From Lachnospiraceae bacterium (GTDB lineage Bacteria > Bacillota > Clostridia > Lachnospirales > Lachnospiraceae), in NCBI GenBank assembly GCA_017540265.1, contig JAFYBJ010000008.1:8109-72108 (forward strand): a stretch of DNA of 64,000 bases. Direction: 5' to 3'. A program made the position numbers and the translations under genes. Below the pieces are notes generated by a model that searched no databases, had not been told where the DNA came from, and saw only the letters and a program-made list of their open reading frames with translations. Of the stretch, positions 49,062-59,255 are shown piece by piece. The first letter of the stretch is position 1. Each line of letters opens with the position of its first letter.

Positions 49062-50501
49062 ATGGGAAATACCGCAGCTTTAAAAAATCCCGCAGCAGCA
49101 GCTGTAAAAGTAAAAAAAGATAACGCAAAGCTATCTGACAGAGATGCAAAGTTCAGGGAATTAAGCCTCACCGCTCCCATGTGGAAGGTTGTGCTTTTAG
49201 TCGGCGGTCCCCTGGCCCTCTACCAGAGCTTAAGCCAGATATTTTCGATACTTGATACCATGATGGCATCGCATATAAGTCCCGAATCAGTCTCTGCTGT
49301 TGCCTATCTTGCACAGCTTAATTCAATAATCTCGGCCTTAGGCGGCGGGCTCGCTGTAGGTGCAGGCATACAGATAAGCCGTGCCTACGGTGAAGGAAAT
49401 TATCAGATGGTTAAAAAACGCGTAAGCACGGTATACCTTCTCTGCCTTGTTCTCGGTGCCCTGCTGCTTGCTCTCATCTACCCCTTCGCCGGACAGTTCC
49501 TTAAGCTTGCCGGAACTCCCGACGGCCTCATCCGCGCCGGGGCACAGTATTTCAGGGTCCAGCTCATCACCATGGTTGTGACCTTCATAAACAATGTCTA
49601 TATCGCCATCGAGCGTGCAAGAGGAAACGCGAAGCGCATACTCTGGATCAACCTTGCAGTCATCATAACCAAGCTTTCCCTTACCGCCCTCTTTGTTTAT
49701 GTATTAAACAGCGGCCTGGTGATGATAGCAGTTGCCACTCTTGTTTCCCAGTGCGTACTCTTTGTCTGCGGGATAATAAACAGCAGGGACAGGAATAACG
49801 CCTTCGGCTTTTCGCTCTCTTCCATAAGTTTTAAAGGAGAAGTCACGAAGCCGGTGATATCAAATTCCATTCCCGTGGTCGCTGAAAAGATGCTCTTCGC
49901 ATCCGGAAAGACAGTCGTTAATTCCATGTGTACCGTCTACGGCGATCTGATGGTTGGTGCAATGGGCGTCTCCAATAATTTAGGCGGTATTTCCACCAAT
50001 CCCCAGAACGGCTTTGAAGAAGGAACCTCCGCCATCGTAAGCCAGAATTTCGGCGCAAAAAAATACAGACGCGTACTGTCTGCATTTTACTGGACGACTG
50101 TATTCAATATGATACTCGGTGCAGTTCTTTCCGGACTCACCCTCATCTTCCTTACAGAGCTCTCTTCCCTCTTTTCAGGCGGCGATGAGAACTTCAGAGA
50201 GATGATAGCCCTTGTGTACCGCTATGAAGCCTACGGTGCCATTCCTTTAGGCGTAAACGCTGCCGTCATGGCATTGCTTCTTGGGCTCGGAAAGACAAAG
50301 CTTACAATGATGATAAATATCTCCCGTGTCTTTGTATTCCGCATCCCCGTATTCTATTTCCTTCAGCACTTCACGAACTTCGGCGAAGCCAGCGTGGGCA
50401 TGGTGATGATGATAAGCAATATCTCCGTAGCCGTGATGGCTGTAATTACGGCATTTATCGTTATAAGACAGTTTAAGAAGGATTATCCTGACGCTTCATA
50501 A
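49062..50501 (+). CDS. MATE-family efflux transporter
   Basis: ~12 TM helices, ILDTMMAS, SQNFGAK; divergent from the AraC gene. Confidence 0.9.
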   Translation: MGNTAALKNPAAAAVKVKKDNAKLSDRDAKFRELSLTAPMWKVVLLVGGPLALYQSLSQIFSILDTMMASHISPESVSAVAYLAQLNSIISALGGGLAVGAGIQISRAYGEGNYQMVKKRVSTVYLLCLVLGALLLALIYPFAGQFLKLAGTPDGLIRAGAQYFRVQLITMVVTFINNVYIAIERARGNAKRILWINLAVIITKLSLTALFVYVLNSGLVMIAVATLVSQCVLFVCGIINSRDRNNAFGFSLSSISFKGEVTKPVISNSIPVVAEKMLFASGKTVVNSMCTVYGDLMVGAMGVSNNLGGISTNPQNGFEEGTSAIVSQNFGAKKYRRVLSAFYWTTVFNMILGAVLSGLTLIFLTELSSLFSGGDENFREMIALVYRYEAYGAIPLGVNAAVMALLLGLGKTKLTMMINISRVFVFRIPVFYFLQHFTNFGEASVGMVMMISNISVAVMAVITAFIVIRQFKKDYPDAS

Positions 50502-51705
50502 AGGTTATAAGACAGTAAGCAAACAGGATGATATTTATCCATGACACAAAGGCTAAGGGCACCGGAAGCATGGCCCTCCCCAGTGAATCTCCGTATTCAT
50601 ACAAAGTAAGCACATGAAGGGCTGCTGCAGGAATTATATATCTCTTATCCCTTGCTGCGGCCACTATAGCAAGCATCTCATATACATATCCGTATCTTTC
50701 AAGCATCGAAGGCAAAAACAAAACCGTGGCATATGAAAGGATAAATGCCGCAGATACGGTATTTTCCATGTTCATGTATTTTATCTTTTTTATGAATGCA
50801 TACATGATGCAGGCTAACACCACCACGCAAAATACCATGGCAAAGAGCCTGTACCTGTAGAAATCTTCAAAATCTCCCGCATGTTCATCCGTGAGAAAAC
50901 ACCAGAAGCTTGGATACCTGCTGTACATCTGTGTGGTTACGCTTGTCTGCCTGCTGTATGTTGTCACAGCCCTTCCCGCGTCGCCGCCCGTAAGTGTATT
51001 AGGCAGGGATGTAAGGAAAAATACCGCAGGCACTTCAAGAAAATGAAGTACCGAAAAGCTCTTTTTATAAAACCAGTAAAACACGAAGAAAGGCAGGATG
51101 AAAACAGCCTGCAGCTTAAACGAGAAAGCAAATCCAAGCAGTACAAAGGATGAGATATTCCTCTCCCTTATAAGCTGCCCGATGGAAAGCATTATAAAAG
51201 CCGCATATATGGAATCGCACTGCCCCCACGCAGCGGAATTAAGCGCACATACCGGTGAGCACAGGACAAGGGCATAAACCATAAGCGATACATCCGCTTT
51301 ATTTTCCTTAGCCGTAAAGATATTTTTTATATATGCAAAGAAGTTTCCCTTTTCTCCCGTGGAAACAAGATATGTTATCCATGCCGCAGCAAGGGCCAGT
51401 ACATAATCAAAGCTTCCGGATAAGAGCTTTACCGCATATATAGGTTCAAGCGGAAGGTAGGTCATAAAGGTCAGTGCCAGCTTATACATGGCGCTGTACC
51501 CCATCTTTGCCTCACCCATATGAAAGAGCCCGCCTGCCTCGACAATACGTCCGTACCATTTGATAAAATCCGCGGTATCATGGCTTGCGGATATATTCCT
51601 CATGAAATACCGGAGAAGGAAACCGCAAATGCTTATACCCAGAAAGAATATAAGCGGCAGACGTTCCTCTGTCTTCTTTAAAATGTTTTTTTCAAGCTTT
51701 GTCAT
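50473..51705 (-). CDS. GT-C fold membrane glycosyltransferase (GT87/mannosyltransferase-like)
   Basis: NSAAWGQCDSIY, FSFKLQAVFILP, MLERYGY; polytopic. Confidence 0.7.
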   Translation of the reverse strand: MTKLEKNILKKTEERLPLIFFLGISICGFLLRYFMRNISASHDTADFIKWYGRIVEAGGLFHMGEAKMGYSAMYKLALTFMTYLPLEPIYAVKLLSGSFDYVLALAAAWITYLVSTGEKGNFFAYIKNIFTAKENKADVSLMVYALVLCSPVCALNSAAWGQCDSIYAAFIMLSIGQLIRERNISSFVLLGFAFSFKLQAVFILPFFVFYWFYKKSFSVLHFLEVPAVFFLTSLPNTLTGGDAGRAVTTYSRQTSVTTQMYSRYPSFWCFLTDEHAGDFEDFYRYRLFAMVFCVVVLACIMYAFIKKIKYMNMENTVSAAFILSYATVLFLPSMLERYGYVYEMLAIVAAARDKRYIIPAAALHVLTLYEYGDSLGRAMLPVPLAFVSWINIILFAYCLITFMKRQDNPS

Positions 51706-51708
51706 AGT

Positions 51709-54700
51709 TTAATTTCCTGTTGTAGTCCTTACTTTCTTTGTACTCTGAAAATCATAGAAATGATATTTTATCACGCTGTCAGTGATCACGGTATTCTTTC
51801 CGGAATAATTGCCCGAATCACCGTCTATATAGCAGTTGGTGATATAAAGCCCGTCGCAGGTCTTTATGCTCCTGTCATAAGGAATATTACCCGTGATAAA
51901 ACCGAAATAATGACCGTCTTTTGTCCCGTGCATAAGCCCCTTCATATAACAGTCTTCAATCCTGATATTCTTACACAGATGATTTACCGCGGTAACCTTT
52001 CCTCCCTTTGTAACGGTATTTGGCTCTATGTTTATGTTAGCCCTCATTGGATAGCTTTCGCTTTCCGGAAGCATGAATTCCAGCGTGCATCTTGTGATGT
52101 CCACATTATCGGCAGCTATGACAGCTATATTTGTTCTGCCGTTATTAAATATATGGCAATTATCTATGTTTACGGTATCGCTGCCCTTGAGATCCGAACT
52201 TTCCCCCAGATCGATACCGTCTCCGAGGCAGTCCGTGATCACCATATCACCTATCCATATATTCTTACTGTCATTGTTTATGTAAAAACCATGCTGTTCC
52301 TGAAGCGTGCTGTCTGAAGAATACTTTATCGATCCCGACTTATGCACCTTCTTTCCCTTTAAAGTACCGCCGATCACAGCCGCATTTGATACACCCTTTA
52401 CGGAAAATACAGGCGCATTCGAGCTGTCACCGCTGTAATAGATTATCTCCGCATCCGGATCGATCATAAGGAAAACATCGCTCTTCATCTTTATGGCATC
52501 AAACATCGTATCCGTATAATATGTTCCGGAAGGTATATAAGCGATATGTCCGCCCTTTCCCTTTGATGCTTCTTCTATTATCCCTCTTATCGCTCCGGAT
52601 ACGGGGCCAAGGGTTCCCGGCTTTACCTCACCTTCTTCCGTAAGGCCCACGGCTTCTTTTTCCACATCCTCCATGCAGACCTTTAGGACCTCTTTTGTAC
52701 TTACGGTTCCGGGCTTTCCCGGTACCACATCGTCTATAGTGCCGCCGTTTCCGCTTTTACCGGTCTGTATATAGCAGAAAGTCCTGTAAGTATTTCCCGT
52801 TACCTTATCTGTCACGTCCGCATACAATACAGAATTAATGGCATCCGTACCGGCATGGTATATTGCCTTTTCCGTTTTCTGACCTTCTTTTAAACTTATA
52901 CTGTCGGAAACGTATGTAAGCCAGCTTACTTCCGTGGTCCCGTTTTTAAAAGCAGGCACTGTCTTTAAGGACAGCTTTACATCCTTTCCTTTCTTCCCGG
53001 TCTTTATCTTTACATTTGTTTTATTAAGCTTAAAATGCCTTAAAGGTGATACGACCTGCAGTTCGTATTTTCCGATCAGCTCATTCTTACCGCTGTAAAT
53101 CTCTATCACTGCCTTTCCCGCTTTCTTTGCAGTGATCCTTCCCTGCGCATCTATTGCGATCACTCCCTTATCTCCGGAAAGTCTGAAATTTACAGGCTGC
53201 CCGTTATTAAAGTCCGGAGCTGAGAATACATCAAGTAAAGCTTTCTCGCCGCACTGCAGTATCTCACTTCCCCTGTAAACAAGATTAAGCGAAGCATCTG
53301 AAGACTCTGCCGATGCAGTATCATTTTTTTCAGTTGCTTTTACATTCACTTTAAATACTGCCTTTACTTCAGGATTTTCCTTAAGGCTCGCCGTGACGAG
53401 TGCGGTTCCTTCCTCCTTACTCTTAGCCTTTATTATGCCCTTTGCATTTACCGAAACATATTTCTTACCCGCGCCATCAACGCTCCATTTTACCGTATCC
53501 GTTGACAAAATATCCGTAAATACAGAGAGCCTCAAGCTCTCTCCCGGCCTTATATCAAGTCCGTAACTTCCGTCGGCATTTCTACCCACCACGCTGTTTA
53601 CCGAAGCTTCAAGCCCGGTAGCATGTTTCTTTATATTAAATTTCACAGACTTTGTCTTGTTTCCCGTACATACGCTAAAGAATGCGGTCCCCGGCGCCTT
53701 TATCTCAAGGGTTACTGTCTGTATCCCGTCCTGCGTCCGGATATCCTTTATGTTTAAGACCTGAGGCGCATCGCTTATCATATTAAAGCTTGCGTCTCCT
53801 TCTGTCATAATCTTCGTCTTTAATATAAATTCCTTTACTTCATCGCCCTTAAGCTCCACATTCTGGGATGCCTTAAGCTTTGTACTTCCGTCTTCCGCAA
53901 AAAATGTTATATTCTTTACCGCAGGGACATATGAAGGCAGATCTGTAACGGTGACGGTATCAACCGAAGCATCCTCCGTATCAAATTCCCTTGCTATAAT
54001 ACCGCTGCGGGTGCTTACGCTTTCCGCCTTTGTCCATACTCTCTTTGAAAGATCGATATAAAGCGCGGGCCTTACAGCCATGTTGCGCCTTATCATATAG
54101 CTCTTCGCCGCATATACGGCTCCGTTTGAACTTACTCCCGCCGCAGAAAGCCTGTTATACCCGGGGCTTCTTAGCCACCAGGATGCAGCATTTCCCTGGA
54201 CCTCAGTATAGTAACCTTCTTTTGAAGCAGCATAGGCGGTGTTTACCGCTTTCCTTGTCCCGTCCGCGACTGAATACCATGCACCGTTTTTACCTGAAAC
54301 CCCGCCCTTCGAAAAACCGTTATCCATAAAACCGTAAGCCTTATTAAAAACATCTTCTATGGAAAGGCAGAACACCTTATCCGATGTATCATCGCCTCCT
54401 TCGGTAAACCATACCGGAGAATCGGGATTAGAGATCGTCACTTCCTTTACAGCCGCACGTTCATCAGCTGTAAATGCCTCATTATAAAAATCCGAATTAA
54501 GGAAACTCCTCAACGAACTGGATTCCCAGTCCGAAGCCTGTATCGAAGTATCATATTCGAGCATATCAAGATTCTTATCCGATAAAAGAAGGGCCGTACT
54601 GTCTTCCACCTTAAGCACGCGCCATTTTACCGGGGCCTTTGTTCCGTCCGCAGCCTGTGGATAGGTGCCGAAATTTATGCATTCCCAGGTTACTATCCCG

Positions 54701-54825
54701 CTTCCGTTTATAACAGGTCCGTTTATAACAGGTTCGCTTAAGGCATCTTCTGCCGCAAAAGCAGGCAGAACCGTATTAAGGACGAGAATAACGGCAAGTA
54801 AAAACGCTGATAATGATCTCTTCAT
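51709..54825 (-). CDS. secreted multidomain protein: DUF6273-like domain, Ig-like repeats, right-handed beta-helix
   Basis: Signal peptide MKRSLSAFLL...AFA; FGTYPQ...VKWRVL, WWLRSPG, VRPALYI; Big_2-like VKWSV..VSVNAKG; beta-helix YIPSGTY, GDGIDL, NCHIFNNGR. Confidence 0.75.
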   Translation of the reverse strand: MKRSLSAFLLAVILVLNTVLPAFAAEDALSEPVINGPVINGSGIVTWECINFGTYPQAADGTKAPVKWRVLKVEDSTALLLSDKNLDMLEYDTSIQASDWESSSLRSFLNSDFYNEAFTADERAAVKEVTISNPDSPVWFTEGGDDTSDKVFCLSIEDVFNKAYGFMDNGFSKGGVSGKNGAWYSVADGTRKAVNTAYAASKEGYYTEVQGNAASWWLRSPGYNRLSAAGVSSNGAVYAAKSYMIRRNMAVRPALYIDLSKRVWTKAESVSTRSGIIAREFDTEDASVDTVTVTDLPSYVPAVKNITFFAEDGSTKLKASQNVELKGDEVKEFILKTKIMTEGDASFNMISDAPQVLNIKDIRTQDGIQTVTLEIKAPGTAFFSVCTGNKTKSVKFNIKKHATGLEASVNSVVGRNADGSYGLDIRPGESLRLSVFTDILSTDTVKWSVDGAGKKYVSVNAKGIIKAKSKEEGTALVTASLKENPEVKAVFKVNVKATEKNDTASAESSDASLNLVYRGSEILQCGEKALLDVFSAPDFNNGQPVNFRLSGDKGVIAIDAQGRITAKKAGKAVIEIYSGKNELIGKYELQVVSPLRHFKLNKTNVKIKTGKKGKDVKLSLKTVPAFKNGTTEVSWLTYVSDSISLKEGQKTEKAIYHAGTDAINSVLYADVTDKVTGNTYRTFCYIQTGKSGNGGTIDDVVPGKPGTVSTKEVLKVCMEDVEKEAVGLTEEGEVKPGTLGPVSGAIRGIIEEASKGKGGHIAYIPSGTYYTDTMFDAIKMKSDVFLMIDPDAEIIYYSGDSSNAPVFSVKGVSNAAVIGGTLKGKKVHKSGSIKYSSDSTLQEQHGFYINNDSKNIWIGDMVITDCLGDGIDLGESSDLKGSDTVNIDNCHIFNNGRTNIAVIAADNVDITRCTLEFMLPESESYPMRANINIEPNTVTKGGKVTAVNHLCKNIRIEDCYMKGLMHGTKDGHYFGFITGNIPYDRSIKTCDGLYITNCYIDGDSGNYSGKNTVITDSVIKYHFYDFQSTKKVRTTTGN

Positions 54826-54874
54826 ATTAAACTCCCTTCGGTCGCGGAAATATTTGGAAAGCGACGAAATACGC

Positions 54875-54903
54875 AAAAGGGATGCGACGCCCGCCGCATC
54901 CCC
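54875..54903 (-). terminator. terminator after pfp
   Basis: GGGATGCG/CGCATCCC stem plus TTTT. Confidence 0.7.
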
Positions 54904-54924
54904 AAATAAAATCTGAATTACCGA

Positions 54925-56583
54925 TCAGCCTTTTTCAAGGGCAAGGGTCCTTGTGGTAAGGTCACATACCTCTGAAGGTCCGTAATACTGGATAGCACCG
55001 GGGAAGGTAAAGCAGGTTTCAACCGCCCACTTATCCCTGTTTGCCTCAAAGAATTTAAATGGCTTGCCGTCAAGCTCAACGAGAGCCTTCTTGATAACAG
55101 GCTTATCTTCACCGTTCCTTCTTTCCATGTTCATCATCTTTGTGATGGGCATGCCGCCTGCCACCCATTCATCAGCAGGCTTTGATATATTTGATATCTT
55201 TGAAAGATATCCCGTATAGCCGTACTGAATGAGCATGAATGCGTTATAGCCGAGAGAATAGCAGTAATCTGCATCAAAGTTTGAAGGGAATGCGCATCTG
55301 CCCTCATATCCGAAGAAATGATGCTGTGCAGAGAATTTACCCTTATAGCTTCCTGCTGCTTTTCTCTTTGCAAGTTCATCCTTTACCATCTCGGAGAAAA
55401 GTTTCTCTGATTCGATAAGTGATACCTGAACATTGCCGTGAGGATCTCTTTCAAGGAAGAGCTGCTGCTTTATTCCCTGGGGCAGTATGTCAAATACCGC
55501 AAAGGACTCAGCCGTAAGGCCTGCCTTGATGAACTCATACTTCTTATCCCAGTCAGGAAGAGCGTTGAATTCCTCTGTCTTTGATCCGGCAAGAAGTTCG
55601 TTTATCTCTGCTATAAGCTTTGAAAACTCGGGAACGAATTCAACTATGCCTTCGGGTATGATGGCAACACCGAAATTATTTCCTGCATTTCCCCTCTTCT
55701 CAACAGAATCCGCAATATAGGATGTTATCTGTGCAAGAGACATCTTCTTTGCAGCCACTTCCTCACCTATGAGGCAGATATTGGGCTGGGTCTCAAGCGC
55801 ACACTCAAGAGCAACATGGGATGCACTCCTTCCCATAACCTTTATGAAGTGCCAGTATTTCTTTGCTGAATTTGCATCCCTCTCGATATTACCGATAAGC
55901 TCGCTGTAGGTCTTTGTTGCCGTATCGAAACCGAAGGAAGCCTCTATATCCTCATTCTTAAGGTCTCCGTCTATGGTCTTGGGGCAGCCTATCACCTGAA
56001 CACCGGTATTATGTGCAGCCATATATTCGGCAAGCACTGCCGCATTGGTATTTGAATCGTCACCGCCAATGATAACAACAGCATTAAGACCGTGCTTTGC
56101 GGCAACCTGCTCAACTATCTTGAACTGTTCTTCGGTTTCAAGCTTTGTTCTTCCCGAACCGATGATATCAAAACCGCCGGTATTTCTGTATGCATCTATG
56201 AATGCATCATCAAATTCCACATAATCATCCTCAATAAGCCCGCTGGGGCCGCCCTTGAAGCCAAGGAGCACATTCTCCTTATCGGCAGCCTTTAAAGCAT
56301 CATAGAGACCGCAGATGACATTATGGCCTCCGGGTGCCTGACCACCGGAAAGGATAACTCCGACCACCTGTTTCTTAGATGCCGAAGTATTCTCTCCCTT
56401 TACAAAGGTGATCTCTTTCTTTCCGTACGTATTCGGGAAAAGAGCCTTTATCTTCTCCTGATCCGCAACACTTGATGTAACCTCCCCCTCTTTCACGCTG
56501 ATCTTTGATACGCCGTCCTTAAGCATCCCCGGAAGCTTCGGGCTGTACTCGTATCTTGCTTTCTGAAGCGGTGAAATTTCCAT
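54925..56583 (-). CDS. pfp: pyrophosphate-dependent phosphofructokinase (long clade)
   Basis: [33 protein letters not shown]. Confidence 0.95.
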   Translation of the reverse strand: MEISPLQKARYEYSPKLPGMLKDGVSKISVKEGEVTSSVADQEKIKALFPNTYGKKEITFVKGENTSASKKQVVGVILSGGQAPGGHNVICGLYDALKAADKENVLLGFKGGPSGLIEDDYVEFDDAFIDAYRNTGGFDIIGSGRTKLETEEQFKIVEQVAAKHGLNAVVIIGGDDSNTNAAVLAEYMAAHNTGVQVIGCPKTIDGDLKNEDIEASFGFDTATKTYSELIGNIERDANSAKKYWHFIKVMGRSASHVALECALETQPNICLIGEEVAAKKMSLAQITSYIADSVEKRGNAGNNFGVAIIPEGIVEFVPEFSKLIAEINELLAGSKTEEFNALPDWDKKYEFIKAGLTAESFAVFDILPQGIKQQLFLERDPHGNVQVSLIESEKLFSEMVKDELAKRKAAGSYKGKFSAQHHFFGYEGRCAFPSNFDADYCYSLGYNAFMLIQYGYTGYLSKISNISKPADEWVAGGMPITKMMNMERRNGEDKPVIKKALVELDGKPFKFFEANRDKWAVETCFTFPGAIQYYGPSEVCDLTTRTLALEKG

Positions 56584-56680
56584 TTTTCCTTCTCCTTTTC
56601 TTAAATGTATTCAGGCTTAAAACACCCGTAAAATGATAAGATATTTAACCCCAAATGTAAAGTTTTGGGGATAATCTTTA

Positions 56681-58282
56681 CTATCTGTCCCACTTGTCCG
56701 AAAGTGAGTTTATCTGGTCGGCAAATTTTGCCATATCCTTGTTTGAAAGTCCCTCGTTCTTGTATATGACAGCCATAAGCCTCTGACCCGCTGCCACCAG
56801 CCTTGCAAAGATATCGGATATACGTCTTGCCTTTTTCTTTACAGGTACAGGCTTTGCCTCATAGATGAATTCGCCGGTGATCATGTTATAGACAGTGCCG
56901 CTGTAAGGCGCATAGGCGTCATAACCGTATTCGGTACGAAGCGTCTCGGTAAACGCCTTTGAGGATTCGTCATCTCCGTGCACCACAAATACTATCTCAG
57001 GCTTGTTTCCAATGTTCTTAAGCCATTCGATAAGCCCGTTCTTATCCGCATGTCCGCTCATTCCGGCTAAAACCTTTATCTGCGCCCTCACCTCTATATC
57101 TTCGCCAAAGAGCTTAACTTCTTTCTTTTCCCCGTCCACAAGTACGCGGCCCAGCGTTCCCACGGCCTGATACCCAACAAAAAGTACGGTGCTTTCCGGG
57201 CGCCAGAGGTTATGCTTTAAATGATGCCTTATACGTCCGGCATCGCACATTCCCGAGGCGGAAAGGATCACCTTGGGTTCGGAATCAAAATTTATCATCT
57301 TGGATTCATCTCCCGTGATGGAGAGATGGAGATTGGGGAAGGTTATGGGATTGATCCCTTTGTGCATGAGTTCCCTTGCCTCTTTTGAAAAGCAGCCTTC
57401 CATATTTCGTTTAAAAACTTCCGTAGCTTCAACGGCAAGCGGGCTGTCCACATATACAGGGAAATCAGGAACGCTGGTCACCAGCTTTCGTTCCTTTATC
57501 TCGCGAATGTAATAGAGCATTTCCTGTGTGCGGCCTACAGCAAATGCAGGCACCACAAGGTTTCCGCCCCGCCCCAGAGTCTCATCTATGATCCTTGCGA
57601 TCTCGGATACATAATCCGGATGTTCCGCATTATGCAGGCGGTTTCCGTATGTGGATTCCATGATCACAATATCCGCATCTTTAACATACTGCGGATCTCT
57701 TATGAGCGTACTCTTTTTATTTCCTATATCTCCCGAGAAGACCAGTTTCTTTGTGACACCGTTTTCAGTGATCCATATCTCTATGCTGGCAGATCCCAGC
57801 AGGTGCCCCACATCCGTAAATCTGAAAGATATGCCATCACACAGCTCTTCTTTTTCGTCATAAGGAAAACCACAGAGCCTTCTTATGGCGCCGTCCGCAT
57901 CCTCCATTGTATATAAGGGTTCTATATTTGCATTATCGGCGGAGCGCTTTGCCTTCCTGTTCCGCCACTCAGCCTCCTGCATCTGTATATGTGCCGAATC
58001 CCTGAGCATTATGCTGCAGAGATCTGCCGTAGCTTCCGTAGCCATTATCTGTCCTCTGAAGCCCCTTGCATATATAAGGGGAAGCAGTCCCGAATGGTCG
58101 ATATGGGCATGGGAGAGCAATACATAATCGATCATTGCTTCGTCAAAAGGAAGCTCTGCATTTTCAAACATATTCGCGCCCTGCTCCATACCGCAGTCGA
58201 GCAATATCTTTTTCCCGCATGCCTCAAGGACATGCATGCTGCCGGTCACCTCATGATCGGCTCCTATAAAAGTGATTTTCAT
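56681..58282 (-). CDS. beta-CASP metallo-beta-lactamase ribonuclease
   Basis: SHAHIDHSG, GHLLGSA, FSGDIG, MESTYG, SGHAD. Confidence 0.9.
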   Translation of the reverse strand: MKITFIGADHEVTGSMHVLEACGKKILLDCGMEQGANMFENAELPFDEAMIDYVLLSHAHIDHSGLLPLIYARGFRGQIMATEATADLCSIMLRDSAHIQMQEAEWRNRKAKRSADNANIEPLYTMEDADGAIRRLCGFPYDEKEELCDGISFRFTDVGHLLGSASIEIWITENGVTKKLVFSGDIGNKKSTLIRDPQYVKDADIVIMESTYGNRLHNAEHPDYVSEIARIIDETLGRGGNLVVPAFAVGRTQEMLYYIREIKERKLVTSVPDFPVYVDSPLAVEATEVFKRNMEGCFSKEARELMHKGINPITFPNLHLSITGDESKMINFDSEPKVILSASGMCDAGRIRHHLKHNLWRPESTVLFVGYQAVGTLGRVLVDGEKKEVKLFGEDIEVRAQIKVLAGMSGHADKNGLIEWLKNIGNKPEIVFVVHGDDESSKAFTETLRTEYGYDAYAPYSGTVYNMITGEFIYEAKPVPVKKKARRISDIFARLVAAGQRLMAVIYKNEGLSNKDMAKFADQINSLSDKWDR

Positions 58283-58321
58283 GCCGTAACCCTCCTGTAT
58301 TTATAATCCTTCTCTTATCCC

Positions 58322-59215
58322 CTAATACTTCATCCTAAGCTCTGACGGCAGCACCTCAAATTCACATACTTCCTTACCCTGTGCATATTCTCCGTCAAGT
58401 GACCAGTCCGGCGCATCCTCACAGCTGACCCTTGCTTTTTTAACTTTTATTATCTTTACAAGTTCGGTATCGTACTCCTGCTCCATAAGAGCCTTTCGTA
58501 TGAGATTTAACTGTATAAGATCCTTTGGTTCCCTTATCATTAAGAGTTCAAAGTAACCGTCGTTTAAATCCACCACATCCCTGTCAAGCGTCATCACTCC
58601 CCCGAGTGAAAAGGTATTGCATAAGGCAACAAAGATAAAGCTGCCTTCAAACTGCTTTCCTTCAGCCTCTATCTTCATGGCCATGGGATGGAACTGGGTG
58701 ATATCCTTTGCACCTTCAAGTATATATGCAAAATGCCCGAGCAGATTTTTTGCCCTCTGCGGCGTTACGTAAGACGTGCTGGCAAAGATACCGCAGGATG
58801 CGGTGTAGATAAAACTCCTTTTGTTAAAAAGCCCTATATCAAGAGTGCGTTCTTTCGCTTCCATAAGCTGGGATGCCGCCTTAGACGGATCTCCCGGTAT
58901 CCCGAGGCTGGCAGCAAAATCGTTTGTGGAACCCGCAGGTATATAGCCTATGGCCTTGTCCCAGCCTATCTTCCTTGCGCCTGCCACCACTTCGTTTAAG
59001 GTACCGTCTCCGCCCATGCAGACTATCATATCTATGGAATCCCCTGCATGCTCACACACAAGGGCCGTGCCGTCGCCCTTTACCCTTGTAAAACACACAA
59101 CAGTCTCATAGCCGTGATCCGAGAAATCCATGATCATGTCCGCAAAGGGCACATCCTTCTTTCTGATCCCGGCACTTGGATTTATTATGAAAAGGAGTCT
59201 CTTATATATATTCAT
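58322..59215 (-). CDS. diacylglycerol/lipid kinase (YegS/DgkB family)
   Basis: INPSAG, GGDGTLNEV, PAGSTNDFA, SLDGE; probable leaderless ATG at 59215. Confidence 0.9.
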   Translation of the reverse strand: MNIYKRLLFIINPSAGIRKKDVPFADMIMDFSDHGYETVVCFTRVKGDGTALVCEHAGDSIDMIVCMGGDGTLNEVVAGARKIGWDKAIGYIPAGSTNDFAASLGIPGDPSKAASQLMEAKERTLDIGLFNKRSFIYTASCGIFASTSYVTPQRAKNLLGHFAYILEGAKDITQFHPMAMKIEAEGKQFEGSFIFVALCNTFSLGGVMTLDRDVVDLNDGYFELLMIREPKDLIQLNLIRKALMEQEYDTELVKIIKVKKARVSCEDAPDWSLDGEYAQGKEVCEFEVLPSELRMKY

Positions 59216-59221
59216 AGGACT

Positions 59222-59250
59222 ATTATACTTCATTTAAGGATTATTATGAA
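59222..59250 (-). promoter_or_regulatory. promoter, probably giving a leaderless mRNA for the lipid kinase
   Basis: TTCATA-17bp-TATAAT with the ATG 6 nt downstream and no SD. Confidence 0.55.
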
Positions 59251-59255
59251 AGCCT

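Noticed and set aside
50473-50501. 29-bp convergent overlap of the MATE and GT-C genes
   Set aside because: Short tail-to-tail overlaps are common and there is no evidence of function
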